In this document: piece by piece, positions 61,346 through 64,000 of the stretch
How the letters are laid out: every line of letters starts with the position of its first letter
Position numbering within the stretch: position 1 is the first letter of the stretch
Assembly: GCA_965637545.1 (NCBI GenBank)
Contig: OZ281498.1
Coordinates: 21,948,001 to 22,012,000 of the forward strand
Length of the DNA: 64,000 bases
Direction of reading: 5' to 3'
Origin: Phallusia mammillata
Lineage: Eukaryota
Notes under the pieces: generated by a model
What the model was told of the DNA's origin: nothing
Seen by the model: the letters and a program-made list of their open reading frames with translations, nothing else
Database searches by the model: none
Program-made: the position numbers and the translations under genes

Positions 61346-63960
61346 TTAATTCGTGTAAGTAACTGCGGGTCCAAGTAAAGGTAACGGCAATGACGCAACA
61401 CCGTCCAGCCAATCGTTTTTCGCCACGTCATAGCATTCAACCGTTTCGAGATTTTTTATGACGCCGCTATCGCAGTGTTTTCCACCGACGATGTAAATTC
61501 GAGGACCTAAAACGAAAATGTCCCATTTACATGTCTTGCTTTAAGATTTAAGATAAAGTTAGGATTTTTTAATCGACTACAGTAAACTTCGGTTCATCCG
61601 GACCCGTTTGGACCAAAATTTTTGTCCGGATTAGGCGAAGATCTAGATTAAATGATGTCGAAGAGTAAGTCTTACCACATTACAAATCATTTGTACCTCA
61701 AGTTTTGTTCGAATATGTCAGTTTGACGGAGGTTTACTGTATGTGTTAAAATAAATTTGTTAAAACTATTAAGGCTCACGTAACTTTTTAAACATATCAT
61801 TTCAATAAAACATCTTGTCCAAGACACTTTAAAAAACAGACTAAACCGGTTAGTTGCATACTGGTTAATCGCGAATTTCGTTTAATTGCACAAAACTGTA
61901 AATCTCAATCTTTTGCACAAAAGTTTTGCAAATTATAAATGCAATTAACCGGATTCGTCCGTAGTTATTCCATGGCACAATGGTAATTTCTTTCGCATTT
62001 CGTAACGACCTGTTTTTTAGCAAATAGTAAAAATAAATATGTTCATTCACAAAAAATACCTAAAACGGCGATTCCAGCGTCGTGGCGACTGAGCCTCAGT
62101 GCAGTGACACCCTCCCAAACTTTGCTGACGTCATTGAAAACGTCGACGTCATAAACACTGCTGAAAGTCGTGCAGTCAAGATCGGGGTCGAGCCAGGCGC
62201 CACCTAGGAGGTGCAGTCGACCACGGCAAACAGCCACGTTGGCAAAACACCGTGGAAATCTTAATGGGATGTTGTCCTCCCAACTAAACACAAGGCAGAG
62301 TTTTTTTGATGTGCCAAGTACGTGGTTTAAATAGACAATGTCTTTAGGCTTGAGTCACATTATTAAACTGTACATAAGCTGTTGCTGCCAGGCATAATAT
62401 AAATTTTATAGAGCTCTTCCGGCAATTGTAAAAAGTTGTTTGAATGAATTGGAACTAACATAAAATTGCAGTTTTATTGCTTCGCCATGCACATCTTTAT
62501 TTCTGGGCAGACCTTCATTCAACTGCTATAGGACTCTAGTTTTTAACCGTTTGGGCGAGTTAAAGGCTTATAAAGCTTATAAATATGAGCATGAAGACCC
62601 CTATACAGAGTAAGAAGACCGAACACAAATTCGATTGATAAATGTTCTTATCTTTGCCAATAGAAAGTTCTGCTTAAATTTTACTCCACATCATAAAAAT
62701 ATGAAGAAAAACAAAATTTTCTTCAATACTCTAAGTCTAAGATGAACATAAATTGATTGCTGGGATCAGGCCTGAAGCGTCTATGCAGACCAGCGATCAC
62801 GGCACACTCGTTTATAAATCACAGTACGCCAGGTCTATTGAAGGCATTATACCCAATCAGGCGGTAACCAAGCATTTCCATACGCTATAGGTTTTTCTAT
62901 CCTACGCCATAATATGGGAATGCTTGGTGACCGACTGATTCGGTATAATGCCTTCAATATAGGCCTGGCGTACTGTGATTTCTTTGGTTCTCTTTAATAC
63001 AAATTGCGAATCAGCCTAATGGGACGAATTTTAAAAAACAATTTCGACAACGTCTAACCCAGTGGTTCTTAACCGGGGTTCGGCAACGTTGAATCAGGGG
63101 TTCGACGAAGAGGTCTTTTGAAGTACAAATACTCGTGTTAGTAAAACTTTAGGGTTTTATGGTCGCTAAAAAAAATTAATTTGCTGCATATCAAAACACA
63201 GAAAGGTTACACTAAGATTTTGTTTTCTTCTTTGTGACGTAACAAAGAGCATTGTGAGCGTGTTCGTATGCAGCAACACAACGAAATTTTGTTGGCAGCA
63301 AAAACTTATTACTCCACCTTTTTCATGTTTGTGCACAGTCGCTAAAAATGCAATGCTTCATTTTGATAAAAACTAAAAATTGCCGGAATTAAAGCAATCC
63401 TGAAACAAGTTGCTTAAACAAAATGACAAACAGTTGCCACTATGTTTGGTCAAAAGCTAATTGTGACACACACAAACAAATGGGTTAAAAATCCAGGATG
63501 CAATTTGTTGGGGTTCGACCAAAGGGTGAAGAATTTCGTAGGGGTTCGGCGGTGATAAAAAGGTTAAGAACCACTAACCGCTGTATCGCTATTTTGCGCT
63601 CCATAACGTTTTAACGTTGCCCAGCTATTTCCGGCTTGGTGATTGTTCGGTGCAATGGTGTCGCTATGTGTTTTTTTTCACCGAGCGAAATAAACTCAAC
63701 TCAACCCAAACATACCTTTCCATGTCTTCATCAAACGTTTCAACGGTGTCCAGGACTTCACCACGCTTGTGGCAGTAGCCCCCTAGCGCCCATAAGCGAT
63801 TGTCAAACGCACAAGCCGCCATCCCAGCTCGAGCCTTCGAAAGCGTTCCCGAATACTCCCACGTGCATGTGGATAACGAATAACGCTCAACATCTCTAAG
63901 CATTCTTTGTTTGTGGTCTTGGCCCCCAATCGCGTATATATACCCGTTAAGGTAAACTGC
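61346..63960 (-). CDS. Kelch-repeat (KLHL-like) protein, last three exons; gene continues beyond the window
   Basis: Exons 63960-63716, 62283-62060, 61506-61346 join in frame; kelch signatures IYAIGG...VERY...W, LWALGG, LHLLGG, IYIVGG...VECYD...W. Confidence 0.9.
62817..62980. mobile_element. Palindromic MITE
   Basis: AATCACAGTACGCCAGG...CCTGGCGTACTGTGATT with ~70-bp inverted arms; a single arm recurs at ~14385-14430. Confidence 0.75.
63060..63575. mobile_element. hAT (Charlie-like) MITE
   Basis: TIR CAGTGGTTCTTAACC / GGTTAAGAACCACT; right end and TSD (GTCTAACC) partly deleted. Confidence 0.8.
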
Positions 63961-64000
63961 CTGTGATGAAAACAAGCTTTTTTGTATGGGAAACGTTATC

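Overview
AT-rich eukaryotic genomic DNA with short GT-AG introns and dense MITEs. Gene content and repeat types suggest an invertebrate chordate, most likely an ascidian (inference). Most real genes are split into exons under 60 codons, so the ORF track misses them; the exon models below were built by hand from splice signals and reading-frame phase. Right part (50.9-64 kb): two divergent Id/emc HLH genes flanking an intronless CATIP, then the 3' end of a kelch-repeat gene. Left part (0-49 kb): a lineage-specific cluster I cannot match to any described system. At least six loci share two short N/G/V/I-rich repeat types (R1, R2), each encoded by its own phase-1 exon. These modules are joined to a P2X7-ballast-like Cys domain (2 genes), possibly to a TRADD-N-like domain, to a disordered tail, or stand alone as ~70-aa microproteins. 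The cluster also holds a TRADD-N-like + SH2 adaptor gene and a tandem array of four Pro-rich microprotein genes. Working hypothesis (inference): an exon-shuffled, amyloid/beta-solenoid-based innate-immune or cell-death signalling locus, analogous but not identical to RHIM/HET-s systems. Mobile DNA includes a Sola2-like element nested in a hAT, many hAT/Tc1 MITEs, a young tRNA-derived SINE and Penelope-type hammerhead motifs.
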